From: a virus
Length of the DNA stretch: 64,000 nucleotides
Direction: 5' to 3' (one strand)
IMG/VR virus record: IMGVR_UViG_3300021197_001743
Location: 56,039 to 120,038 of that record
Shown in pieces: positions 18,721 through 28,206 of the stretch. The notes beneath the pieces were generated by a model. That model was not told where the DNA came from and searched no databases. It was given only the letters and a program-made list of their open reading frames with translations. The translations under genes were made by a program, and so were the position numbers. The number at the start of each line of letters is the position of its first letter. The first letter of the stretch is position 1.

Positions 18721-18895
18721 ATATATGGAAGCCGTATATGAGCAATTCTTTCTTCTAAAGCATTTTGGGGGTTGGAGTTTCATTGAGGCGTATAACCTGC
18801 CCGTAGGGCTTCGAGAATGGTTCGTAGGGAGACTTCAAAAGCAATTCGATGACGAAGCCAAGGCAATGGAGAAAGCTCGCAACAAAAGCCGTTAA
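18701..18895 (+). CDS. tail chaperone C-terminal extension, probably reached by frameshift (in-frame ATG at 18725 has no RBS)
   Basis: +1 frame open across the T7 run at 18700-18706; GWSFIEAYNLPVGLREWF resembles GT/E'-type extensions. Confidence 0.6.
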   Translation, partial: FFGLTSKYMEAVYEQFFLLKHFGGWSFIEAYNLPVGLREWFVGRLQKQFDDEAKAMEKARNKSR

Positions 18896-18921
18896 CGCTT
18901 GTTGCCGAGCATTTCTTTTTT
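18875..18921 (+). terminator. putative terminator
   Basis: GCTCG-CAACA...TGTTG-C-CGAGC followed by a T run. Confidence 0.55.
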
Positions 18922-18924
18922 GAG

Positions 18925-18932
18925 ACTATTTA
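18925..18932 (+). promoter_or_regulatory. putative late promoter motif ACTATTTA
   Basis: Upstream of the tape-measure operon. Confidence 0.55.
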
Positions 18933-18954
18933 AAAAAGACAAGAGGGAACAGCT

Positions 18955-19296
18955 GTGATTAAGATCGATCTAACCAATAAAACTCTCAATGAGTCATGGA
19001 TGAAAATGTGGGGATTTTGGAATAAAAAGCTCCTTCAGCACATCTATGGAAAAGATGTGAATATGGTAGCCAATTTAAACGAGGAGAATACCGATTCCTT
19101 GCATTTCTCAATCAAGGGAGAGTATGAAGACGTTAAAGCTTACGCAATGGCTTTAAAGGCCGAATCTGATCACCTGAGAGCATACATTGATCATGGTAAA
19201 GATGCACCTGAGACAAAAGAGGCAAAAACAAAGGCTGACGCTGCCTCAAAAGAATTTGTGAACAAGACCGGTCTCCCATGGCCATTTAAGGATTAA
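18955..19296 (+). CDS. hypothetical protein
   Basis: GTG start with GAGGG RBS; lies in the tail operon. Confidence 0.6.
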   Translation: MIKIDLTNKTLNESWMKMWGFWNKKLLQHIYGKDVNMVANLNEENTDSLHFSIKGEYEDVKAYAMALKAESDHLRAYIDHGKDAPETKEAKTKADAASKEFVNKTGLPWPFKD

Positions 19297-19300
19297 TTAA

Positions 19301-21532
19301 ATGGCAACAAAAAAAGAAGTTATAGCGGCCATTAAAGGATTTTCTGCATCCGAAAAGAAAGAAATCAAGGAAGCATTGGGAATATCCGGTGATTCATCAG
19401 ATTTTTCTGGGCTGGATGAGAAAGCACTTGAGCAGCAAAAAGAATATAACAAGGTCTTAAAGGAAACTGCTCAATCGCTTGGAAATGTCTTGGATGCTCG
19501 AAAAGCCGAATACGGTGAATTAGAGGCCACTTTGCGACTGGCAACAGATGAAAACAACAAGCGTATATTCACTGAACAGCAGATAGCTGATATTCGGGCT
19601 GGGCAGATGAATTCTTACACCGATGAGCAAGTCCACCTGAAAGCCATTGCCGATCAATATCGCGACATACACCTGTTAAAAGAAGCAGATAAGCAATACG
19701 GTGAAGACCAAAGAAAGCTTCTTGGGGACATTGCCGGCGGACTAGGGGTCAACATGAAGTTCTCCGAGAGCTTCTTGGGTACTGTTATAAAGGTCGGAGA
19801 TGCATTCAAAGACACAAGCGAGGTTGGACTAAAACAAAGAGAATTGTTGATTGATAACTTTAAGCAAATGTTCAGCTTTGGAAACTTGGCTTATTCAATA
19901 TTCACTAAAGTTGCCGAAGCATCCGCGGGTTTGCTGGTTTCTTTTGATAATGCTCGAGCATCACTAGCCTCAGCCACTGGAGCAGGATACAAATTTGCTG
20001 ATTCAATGTTCGATGCTCAGAGGGAAATGAACCTTCTCGGTATTACAATGGACGAAGCCGGAGCAGCAACAGCAACGTTAGCCGAAAACACATCGATGTT
20101 TGCAAAAATGAGCAATGCTGCAAGGTCAGAGATGATCAAAACCACAGCTGCTCTTGGCAAAATTGGAGTTGATGCAGCAACGGCAGCTGAAACTTTTCAA
20201 TTCTTAAACTTGAACTTGGGCATGACCTCTGAAGAGGCTCTTGGTGTACAAGAAAGTCTTGCCATGATGGGAACATCGATTGGAATTAGTTCAGCTAAGA
20301 TAACCAAAGACTTCAACGCAGCGCTTCCAACCCTTGCCGTATATGGCAAGCAATCAGTTGAGGTGTTTAGTAACTTAGCTGCAGCCGCAAAGTCAGCAGG
20401 AGTTGAGACTTCTGCACTGTTGGGTATCGCAAAACAATTTGATACATTTGCTGGTGCTGCAGAGGGCGTTGGGAAACTAAATGCATTGCTCGGCACGCAA
20501 TTATCAACAACACAGATGTTGATGATGACTGAGGATGAAAGAATCGAAACACTCATTGAGCAAGTTCAAGCTCAAGGTGTTGCCTTTAAAGATATGGATC
20601 GTTTCACTCAAAAAGCAATCGCGGCTGCTGCTGGGATTGACGACATGAACGAGGCCCAAAAGATCTTTGGAATGAACCTCGGAGACTACAAGAAGAACCA
20701 AGAAGAAATGGCGAGAAACGCGGAAGCTCAAGGCAAGTTCGAGGACGCAATAAGAAAAACTGTACCGGTCATGAACCAATTTAAGCTCCTCGCAACAGAA
20801 ATAGTTGCTTCTGTCCAGCCCATGCTGGAGGTTTTAGGTAGCTTAGCAGCAAAATTAACTAAAACACTCCAAGAGATGAACCCAGAAACAAAAGAGTTTA
20901 TAGGCAATCTTGTGCTAGGTGCCACTGGTGCTTTCATGTTATTCAAGGCAGTCAAGCCACTACTAACCATTTTTGGCGTCCTTGGTGGTGCTGGTGGAGC
21001 AGCTGCTGGTGCTGGTGGTGCAGTAGGTGCTGCAGCTAGCATAAGTGCCTTCTCCGGTGCTTTATGGGCTGCCTTGCCGGCTATAGGAGCCGTTGCCTTA
21101 GCCCTTGGTGGTCTATATTTACTTTACAAGGCGGCCACGGCCATTGGGGATTCTTTTGGCGGTAGTACTGCTGCTAGCACCGAAGAGACCGTTGCGCTAG
21201 CTGCAGCCTCCGAGAAGGTTCTGACCAACTTGACCAAGATTGGAGAATCGGACTTTTCTGCGGCAATTGCCGGAATGAATGCTCTGATCATGAAAGCAAA
21301 CGAATTTGATAATTTAAGTCCAAAAGTGACTGCCACCATTGAGAACCTTGCTCTGATTAATGTAGGAAAAGCAACAAGCTCCATAACAGGCGGTGTCATC
21401 ACAGCCAGCGGTGGGAATATCACAGCCAATGTTAAAAACGTATTCAGCAACATGAAAGTCGTTGTAGACATTGGAGGAGAGCAATTTAATGCCAAAGTAA
21501 GAACAATCGCCGCTGACGAGGCTAACAAATAA
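19301..21532 (+). CDS. tape measure protein
   Basis: Helical, Ala/Gly-rich, hydrophobic C-terminal segments; position after tubes and chaperone. Confidence 0.8.
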   Translation: MATKKEVIAAIKGFSASEKKEIKEALGISGDSSDFSGLDEKALEQQKEYNKVLKETAQSLGNVLDARKAEYGELEATLRLATDENNKRIFTEQQIADIRAGQMNSYTDEQVHLKAIADQYRDIHLLKEADKQYGEDQRKLLGDIAGGLGVNMKFSESFLGTVIKVGDAFKDTSEVGLKQRELLIDNFKQMFSFGNLAYSIFTKVAEASAGLLVSFDNARASLASATGAGYKFADSMFDAQREMNLLGITMDEAGAATATLAENTSMFAKMSNAARSEMIKTTAALGKIGVDAATAAETFQFLNLNLGMTSEEALGVQESLAMMGTSIGISSAKITKDFNAALPTLAVYGKQSVEVFSNLAAAAKSAGVETSALLGIAKQFDTFAGAAEGVGKLNALLGTQLSTTQMLMMTEDERIETLIEQVQAQGVAFKDMDRFTQKAIAAAAGIDDMNEAQKIFGMNLGDYKKNQEEMARNAEAQGKFEDAIRKTVPVMNQFKLLATEIVASVQPMLEVLGSLAAKLTKTLQEMNPETKEFIGNLVLGATGAFMLFKAVKPLLTIFGVLGGAGGAAAGAGGAVGAAASISAFSGALWAALPAIGAVALALGGLYLLYKAATAIGDSFGGSTAASTEETVALAAASEKVLTNLTKIGESDFSAAIAGMNALIMKANEFDNLSPKVTATIENLALINVGKATSSITGGVITASGGNITANVKNVFSNMKVVVDIGGEQFNAKVRTIAADEANK

Positions 21533-21541
21533 AGAGGATGA

Positions 21542-22198
21542 ATGATGGGATTTGAAACAATCAAAAACACTTATGCAAAGACAACTGGTTCTCAGTTAAC
21601 ATTTATATCAGTATTGTCCGATCGGCGAGTTAATTTTTTAGCTTTCTTAACTTCATTTGCTCAAAGCTTTCAATCAGAATGGAATACCGAAACAGTTTAT
21701 GGACGGAATGATCCAATCGCAACGTTCCGAGGTACTACTAGAACCTTGGCTCTGTCTTGGGATGTACCAGCTGGTAATTTAAATGAGGCTAAAGAAAATT
21801 TATTACAATTTAGTGAACTCACCAAAATGATATATCCGGCCTATACTCGAGGCCCTTCTGTTCTTCCCGCGTCATCAGAAGAACCAGAAGGAAAACAAGT
21901 CTCCTCGAACGCCCTTACGCTTTCAAAGTCTCCACTTATAAGATTAAAGTTTGCAAACTTAATTACAGATGCTAGTGGGAAAAAAGATGGTCTACTTGGT
22001 TATATAACTTCTCTCGATTGGAACCCTGTCTTGGATATGGGGATGTTTACGGATAATGGGGAATTGTATCCAAAAGTTGTATCTTTAAATGTTTCCTTTG
22101 GTGTATTACATGAGCATGACTTGGGAACTATACCAGTAGCATCAGGATCGGGCCCCAGCCCCTTCCCAAATTCAGCCAAATTTCCATTCGGAGGATAA
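21542..22198 (+). CDS. baseplate tube initiator-like protein
   Basis: WNTETVYGRNDPIATFRGTTRTLALSW, SPLIRLKFANLI, YPKVV. Confidence 0.6.
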   Translation: MMGFETIKNTYAKTTGSQLTFISVLSDRRVNFLAFLTSFAQSFQSEWNTETVYGRNDPIATFRGTTRTLALSWDVPAGNLNEAKENLLQFSELTKMIYPAYTRGPSVLPASSEEPEGKQVSSNALTLSKSPLIRLKFANLITDASGKKDGLLGYITSLDWNPVLDMGMFTDNGELYPKVVSLNVSFGVLHEHDLGTIPVASGSGPSPFPNSAKFPFGG

Positions 22199-22201
22199 GA
22201 C

Positions 22202-22534
22202 ATGTCAAGATACGAAGGAAGATCTCAAGGAATAAACGATAACGAAATGTACAAAGACACTCTGGATGACAGAGGTGTACAGGAAATCCTTCAATACAGA
22301 ACGCCTGTTCTCAAGTTTCCCTCAGAGGAAGATTTTAGAAGGATTCAAACAATCGATCATACATGGATCCAAGGCGACAAGTTTTGGAAACTAGCCGCAA
22401 AACAATATGGTGATCCAAAATTATGGTGGGTCATTGCCCAATTCAACAGAAAACCAACAGAAGGACATTTAAGCCCCGGAGATGTAATTAAGATCCCAAT
22501 CGATCTTGCCGTTGCTTTGGGAGCGTTGACATAA
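22202..22534 (+). CDS. LysM-like baseplate wedge protein (gp53/tail X-like)
   Basis: HTWIQGDKFWKLAAKQYGDPKLWWVIAQFN...PGDVIKIP. Confidence 0.8.
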   Translation: MSRYEGRSQGINDNEMYKDTLDDRGVQEILQYRTPVLKFPSEEDFRRIQTIDHTWIQGDKFWKLAAKQYGDPKLWWVIAQFNRKPTEGHLSPGDVIKIPIDLAVALGALT

Positions 22535-25500
22535 TGTCGGATGTGAGTGAAATACGGAAGGAAGTTGAAGAATTAAAAGCCCTAGTAAACAACTGGAGTG
22601 GCTCTTGGGATGAAATTATCTTCGGCTCGAGGGGTCGCGACAAATTCAAATACGGAATCCTAGATGTCCTAGATACTCGCTTTGCTGATACTTCGACACT
22701 TCTTGGTCTTGCTGGTGCTAATAACTTAGTGATTTGGCAAAACCAGTGGCCGGCCTATAAACTGGCTGTGGAACAAGTGATTAATGAAAATAACCCGTTC
22801 TACGTATGGGAACGGTTCAGTGAGCTTGAACCAAACGAAGAGAAGCGTGGCGGCGAGTATCTGAGGGCACTGAAAGATTCGATTATTGAACAGATAACAA
22901 ACAAGGGACAATCGAGCGATCCAATTGTATTGGACGTGTGGAGAAAAAATCTCATCAAAGGATTGATCGAAAGACAGTCTGGTAAGCTTGATCTATATGG
23001 CGAAGGCTCTGAATACACACTTGAAGACCTCAGACTCAACTCAGGCAGTCCGGATTACTATTCCCCTGAGCTGCAGTGGGCTTATTTCACATCTAATGCT
23101 TTTGATATATATGGATATCGCAATGACGATGAAGAAGCAAGACTCTGGTTTCCAACAGAAGAACTAATAGAAATGAAAGAGTGGCTAGGGCAAATATTGA
23201 GGGCCGTTATTGAAACAGAAGGCGTAGACATAGATGATGTTTTTGATATCGATTTGTTGGGCACTGTTCAAATTGAACTCTACACATTGGAAAAAGCCTA
23301 CAAGGAAGTTTCGGAGGCCATAAGAAACAAAATAAAAGATAGCGAGGATATAGAACTCCAGTTATCTGATGACCAAATAGAATGGTTTCCTAGATTTCAA
23401 TCTGCCACAATGGGGGATTTTTATCTACAAGCTCCCGGGGTCTCTCCAGATGAAGGTGAAGGAAAATTCCCTTTTATTCGCTTCTCACTTATAGGAGAAG
23501 AAAAATGGGATGATCCATTAATTGCTGATATTTATAACCATGGCCCCGTACAATATCCCGGTGTTGAAGGCAGTGTTTTTCAATCAGATAGCTATAAAGA
23601 TTTAATTAAAACATTTGGTGATACTGGTTTTTCAATAGCAACTTATGATTTTAATTATACACCTTCCGTGCCTCAGTCGGGTCTTGAAGAGGGGGTCTGG
23701 GATTGGTTCTGGAGTGCAGAGTATGACGCACTGGACCAAGTCAAGCTCTTATTTAAAAATCAACATTTTTCTTTTCTACTTGAGACAATTACAGATGCTA
23801 ATTCTAGGATAAGCGACGACACACAAGCAAATTTTGCAGAGGAAACATTCAATAAGTGGTTTGATGACAATTTCATCAGCGATCTTTATGGAAGATTACT
23901 TCTCGATAAGGAAATCGAGAGAAGAGTCGAAAAATTTAAGAAACTAGCTGAGGAACTTAAAGATGTTCCGGATGATGGCCCATTGACCGAGGACCAAACA
24001 GCTGAATTAGCTGAAAAAGCCAACAATGCTGGTAATGAAGCCATGCTCCGAGGCTCCGACCCAACTCCAGTAGGAGATACTAAGCTATCGGAAGAAGACA
24101 TAAAGAAAAGAGAAAAGTTTTTTAAACAATGTGCTCTTATATTAAACATGGACTCCTTGAAAGAAGGACTAAGTCAGCAAATAAAACGAAAGGGAAAGCG
24201 CCACAAAAAGAAACCCTTTGGAGGAAGATTTTGGATGGCAGAGTGCGCCGTGGAACAAGAGTTGTTAATTAACAATTTGGTATCTCCGGAAGACGGGAAG
24301 GAGTTTTTCGAGATTCCGCCTCCCGTGGTCAGCAATCTAGTTCCAAAAATAAGACTTTTTCGTGTTGAGAACAATAAAAAGAAGCTTCAGGAGACCGAGT
24401 TTATATTCCCCCAGAGTACTGATATCGATCGTACAAGAGACTACAGCTCTAATCAACCACAGGACCTTGCAATCCCATCTAGTTTTCTTGAGGCACCATT
24501 TGATAAAGGGGATGGTTGTGGTTTAAAAGAATTTTCCTTTGAATTCAACGGAACAAACCCAGCTGAATCCAGAAACGACATCACTGCCAACTTAACGTTG
24601 TATTTTCAAACTTTCACTGACTTTGTTCGTGAAAGAGTAAGTTATAACGGACAGAAATACAGATTTGTTGACCTAATCATTCAGCCAGCTCCGGATAAAG
24701 ATGGGAAAGTGAACGGGGTCAGTGTTATACACCCAAATCAATATGATCCTTCTTTTTACAGGATAAGGGCGGAGGTTGGATATCACTACCCAGATAACAT
24801 GGATGATTTATACAATGATCCTGATAAAAAGCTAAAGTCTGCTATACAAAGAACCAATCGTTCCTTTTTCCTTTGCATGGTAGACCATGACATCAATATC
24901 GACGTCGACGGTTCAGTAACTATTAGCATTTCTTATCGTGCCTATGTGGAGACCGCACTGAAGTCTTTGAGGTTCGATTCTTTATCTACACCAGAATTAA
25001 TCAGCGCGAAAAGAAATAATCTAAGGCTAATTGAGGAACTACTTGATTCCAAAAGCTGCACTATAGACGAGATAAAGGAAATAAAATTAACCGCCGCTGC
25101 CAAGGAAGAAGAGTTAAGAAAGAAAAGCCTTCAATCAATAGTTCAGAGACTCTACGATGATCACAAAATATTCATTGTCAAAGTGGACCCTGATCATGCT
25201 AGGCAATTCAGAGAAAACGGGTCTTTTACAAGCTGCACTCTTACCAATATTAAAGGGGAAAGAATTATTCCTTTTACGCCATCGGATGCGTTAGATAGCA
25301 TTGATGCCGGCAGCTTAATAGATAACATACTTAGTAGTGAACCACCAGATGATTGGAATTACAACAACGAAATCGATAACAACATTCAATATTTCTTTTT
25401 CGGAGATCTTCTTTATACAATTATGGATACAATGTTTGAGCAGGATGGAAAATTTGTGGAAGGCTTGGAAAACACAAGAATTATTCTGGGTAGCTTTGAT

Positions 25501-26949
25501 TATCACCCTTATATCAAGGAGTCCCAAGGCAACACTATTAATATTGCACAAATACCAATCTCTCTAGACTTCTTCACTAAATGGTTTACAGATAACGTTA
25601 TTGCTCAAGGAGAAACTCGTAAATCATTTCCAATCTTAACATTCATAAGGAATTTGTCTAACAATCTACTGCAAACTTCATTATTAGAAACTTGTGTCAA
25701 CAGAGATGTTGAAAAGTCTCTTCGGTTTTCAACAGGGCAAATCAGTGCATATTCTAAAAATGGAAAGGATCCTCTTAACCCTCTGGTTTCTAACGAAATT
25801 CCCATCATTAATACAGATTCACATAGGGGACCAACCGGTGTCCTACCGTTAAGTGGTGATAGCGATAATGAACTGAGAAGCAAGAATAAAATAACAAATT
25901 ATTACAATTATTTAGTCCTAAATGTGCTCGGGAGTTCCTTGTCATATACCGGTAGAGGCGATTATGCTGAAGATGTGAAAGTCGGCCGGTACCATGTTGA
26001 TATTGGATCCAACAAGGGTATCGTAAAGACTGTATCGTTTTCAAAGACAGACATGCAATATATTAGAGAGGCTAGGCTCTTTCAGCAGGGCATTGATGGA
26101 CTACAACAACTAACAAACGTGTACAAAGTTTCTGTTGAAATGTACGGAAATACTCTGTTTTACCCCGGAATGGAGATGTTCATAAACCCATATGGAATTG
26201 GAGGGACAGCACTAGGGTCTCCAACACGAGGTCCTAAATCTTCTTCTGGTCGTTCAATGGCAAACACTTTGGGACTTGGAGGGTATCATACCATAATTTC
26301 AATTAAATCTTCTTTAACGCCCGGGAACTATTCCACAACCATCGAGGCACAGCAATATTATAGCGGTGACGGTCAAGGTAATCCAAACCCAGACGGCGTA
26401 GCACTAAGGAAAGAGAAAGCAAAACGAGCCCAAAGGCTAGAGCAAGAAAGCGCAATTCCGGATGCAACAAATCGAACAGACATACAACAAGACTTCTGCC
26501 GGTCTATACTTCAGTCAGTCCTAGACGGAGACCAAGGAACCACCACGGTCCAATCAATCGAAGAATTCACAGCGGCTGAAGAAGCTCTGGAGCAAGCGGC
26601 CGAGTATCGGTTCGAGAACACGACAACGGAGGCAGTGGCTGGTGAGGTTTATGAGCTGGCGTTTCAGCCAACAGATGATGATGGCAACGACCTTGGTACT
26701 CCTAAAATTTGGCAATATGATTCTGTTCGAAGAAACGACCAAGATGATGGCGGATATTCTATATTCTATGATAGAAGAGGCGACCAAGTAGCTTCTGTTA
26801 CAAAAGGGACTGATGGCGAGGGGAATGAAAAGTGGGTACTAAGAATTAAAGATGTCGGGATTCCATATACCTCAACAGTAGCGCCAATATTTGAAAGTGA
26901 AGAGGCCTTGCAAGCCCGTTTTGATACACTAAGCGAGGAGTCTGAATAA
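22534..26949 (+). CDS. large baseplate hub-like protein
   Basis: 1471-aa ORF coupled to the LysM gene; C-terminal YKVSVEMYGNTLFYPGM...LGLGGYH hub-like motif. Confidence 0.5.
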   Translation: MSDVSEIRKEVEELKALVNNWSGSWDEIIFGSRGRDKFKYGILDVLDTRFADTSTLLGLAGANNLVIWQNQWPAYKLAVEQVINENNPFYVWERFSELEPNEEKRGGEYLRALKDSIIEQITNKGQSSDPIVLDVWRKNLIKGLIERQSGKLDLYGEGSEYTLEDLRLNSGSPDYYSPELQWAYFTSNAFDIYGYRNDDEEARLWFPTEELIEMKEWLGQILRAVIETEGVDIDDVFDIDLLGTVQIELYTLEKAYKEVSEAIRNKIKDSEDIELQLSDDQIEWFPRFQSATMGDFYLQAPGVSPDEGEGKFPFIRFSLIGEEKWDDPLIADIYNHGPVQYPGVEGSVFQSDSYKDLIKTFGDTGFSIATYDFNYTPSVPQSGLEEGVWDWFWSAEYDALDQVKLLFKNQHFSFLLETITDANSRISDDTQANFAEETFNKWFDDNFISDLYGRLLLDKEIERRVEKFKKLAEELKDVPDDGPLTEDQTAELAEKANNAGNEAMLRGSDPTPVGDTKLSEEDIKKREKFFKQCALILNMDSLKEGLSQQIKRKGKRHKKKPFGGRFWMAECAVEQELLINNLVSPEDGKEFFEIPPPVVSNLVPKIRLFRVENNKKKLQETEFIFPQSTDIDRTRDYSSNQPQDLAIPSSFLEAPFDKGDGCGLKEFSFEFNGTNPAESRNDITANLTLYFQTFTDFVRERVSYNGQKYRFVDLIIQPAPDKDGKVNGVSVIHPNQYDPSFYRIRAEVGYHYPDNMDDLYNDPDKKLKSAIQRTNRSFFLCMVDHDINIDVDGSVTISISYRAYVETALKSLRFDSLSTPELISAKRNNLRLIEELLDSKSCTIDEIKEIKLTAAAKEEELRKKSLQSIVQRLYDDHKIFIVKVDPDHARQFRENGSFTSCTLTNIKGERIIPFTPSDALDSIDAGSLIDNILSSEPPDDWNYNNEIDNNIQYFFFGDLLYTIMDTMFEQDGKFVEGLENTRIILGSFDYHPYIKESQGNTINIAQIPISLDFFTKWFTDNVIAQGETRKSFPILTFIRNLSNNLLQTSLLETCVNRDVEKSLRFSTGQISAYSKNGKDPLNPLVSNEIPIINTDSHRGPTGVLPLSGDSDNELRSKNKITNYYNYLVLNVLGSSLSYTGRGDYAEDVKVGRYHVDIGSNKGIVKTVSFSKTDMQYIREARLFQQGIDGLQQLTNVYKVSVEMYGNTLFYPGMEMFINPYGIGGTALGSPTRGPKSSSGRSMANTLGLGGYHTIISIKSSLTPGNYSTTIEAQQYYSGDGQGNPNPDGVALRKEKAKRAQRLEQESAIPDATNRTDIQQDFCRSILQSVLDGDQGTTTVQSIEEFTAAEEALEQAAEYRFENTTTEAVAGEVYELAFQPTDDDGNDLGTPKIWQYDSVRRNDQDDGGYSIFYDRRGDQVASVTKGTDGEGNEKWVLRIKDVGIPYTSTVAPIFESEEALQARFDTLSEESE

Positions 26950-26950
26950 A

Positions 26951-28159
26951 ATGCCGAAATTTAAAGGAAAAAACTCAATAAGATCTGCTTTTCGTTTAGG
27001 AAGAGAAAGAGCGAAATACAATCTCGAGGCATTCCCAGAGAACGATGGGCTTGGCCGTGAACAGATTGTCGACTTTAACTTTGCTGAGCGTTCGTTATAT
27101 GGAAAGGTCGATCGTCAATTAAATCCAGTAATACCAAATGAAGACTTTATCGTTCCAATAATCTCTGGAGACGGATCCAACAACACTGTATTGGCAATGA
27201 ATTTCGTGGCAGACCAATTTCGAGACTTAGAGAAACATTTTGTAAGAGCATGTCAACTTGGTCTCATAACTACAGACGATCCAGTTTTATCAACCCTTGT
27301 TGCAAAGAGAGGGTACGTAAACCCTAAACAAAGTTATTTAAATTATGTACAAAACGTGATGTCGACCTACACAAACGAATTTTTAAAGCCAAAAGCATCA
27401 CAAATCAATAGCTTTGATGATTTTCTTAATGCATTTCCGGATTTCATGCTGAACATGAGGGATATTTTTCCCGTTACCTATTCTGGTTTTCAAAGATCAA
27501 GTCAAAGTTCCATTTTTTCCTCCGGTTTAGCGATTGACGTTGCTGGTATTCCGTTTGACGACGACGAAAAGAAGCAAAACCTTCTCTTTGATAGCCCAGC
27601 GTTTCAATATTATATCAATCTAGCAAAACAATATGGGTTTTCAGTTAACAAACGAAATCCCGGTGTTTTAATTTCAGACGTTGCAAGTCCAGTTACTCTA
27701 TTATACCGCAGAAAGTATGCATTGTCAAGCGTTAATTCAATTTTTTCTTTACAATATTCAAAAACTCTTCATGAAGATATCAGTTTGTTATCTAAACTCC
27801 TGTCGGACTGGTATAATTCTTTCATTGCCAAGAGTCCATTCATAAGAACTTTTGATGTCTGCTCAGGTAAAACTATTACAAGTGTACAAATAAAAAAAGG
27901 TATTAATAATATAAATAATAATAATATAATTAATAATAATATAATATATTTATATATAAACATTAGAAATATAGAAGAAAGAGAATCTTATACAAATATA
28001 GAAATAGATAATATATATTTAAATGCAATTAGGTTAAAGAAAATATCAGAAGATAGCATGCTCCAATATATCGACGATCAATTCAAAGCAAAGTACAATT
28101 TGCAAGATGGAACACTAACTTATTACAAAAAAAAGAATGAAAAAAGACTTGACAACTGA
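26951..28159 (+). CDS. hypothetical protein with Asn/Ile low-complexity segment
   Basis: 402-aa ORF; GAGGAG upstream. Confidence 0.6.
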   Translation: MPKFKGKNSIRSAFRLGRERAKYNLEAFPENDGLGREQIVDFNFAERSLYGKVDRQLNPVIPNEDFIVPIISGDGSNNTVLAMNFVADQFRDLEKHFVRACQLGLITTDDPVLSTLVAKRGYVNPKQSYLNYVQNVMSTYTNEFLKPKASQINSFDDFLNAFPDFMLNMRDIFPVTYSGFQRSSQSSIFSSGLAIDVAGIPFDDDEKKQNLLFDSPAFQYYINLAKQYGFSVNKRNPGVLISDVASPVTLLYRRKYALSSVNSIFSLQYSKTLHEDISLLSKLLSDWYNSFIAKSPFIRTFDVCSGKTITSVQIKKGINNINNNNIINNNIIYLYINIRNIEERESYTNIEIDNIYLNAIRLKKISEDSMLQYIDDQFKAKYNLQDGTLTYYKKKNEKRLDN

Positions 28160-28177
28160 CCCTTAACAGGCTATATT
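28149..28177 (+). promoter_or_regulatory. sigma70-like promoter
   Basis: TTGACA-N17-TATATT. Confidence 0.8.
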
Positions 28178-28206
28178 ATAAAAGACGACGACATATTGGA
28201 GGACAA

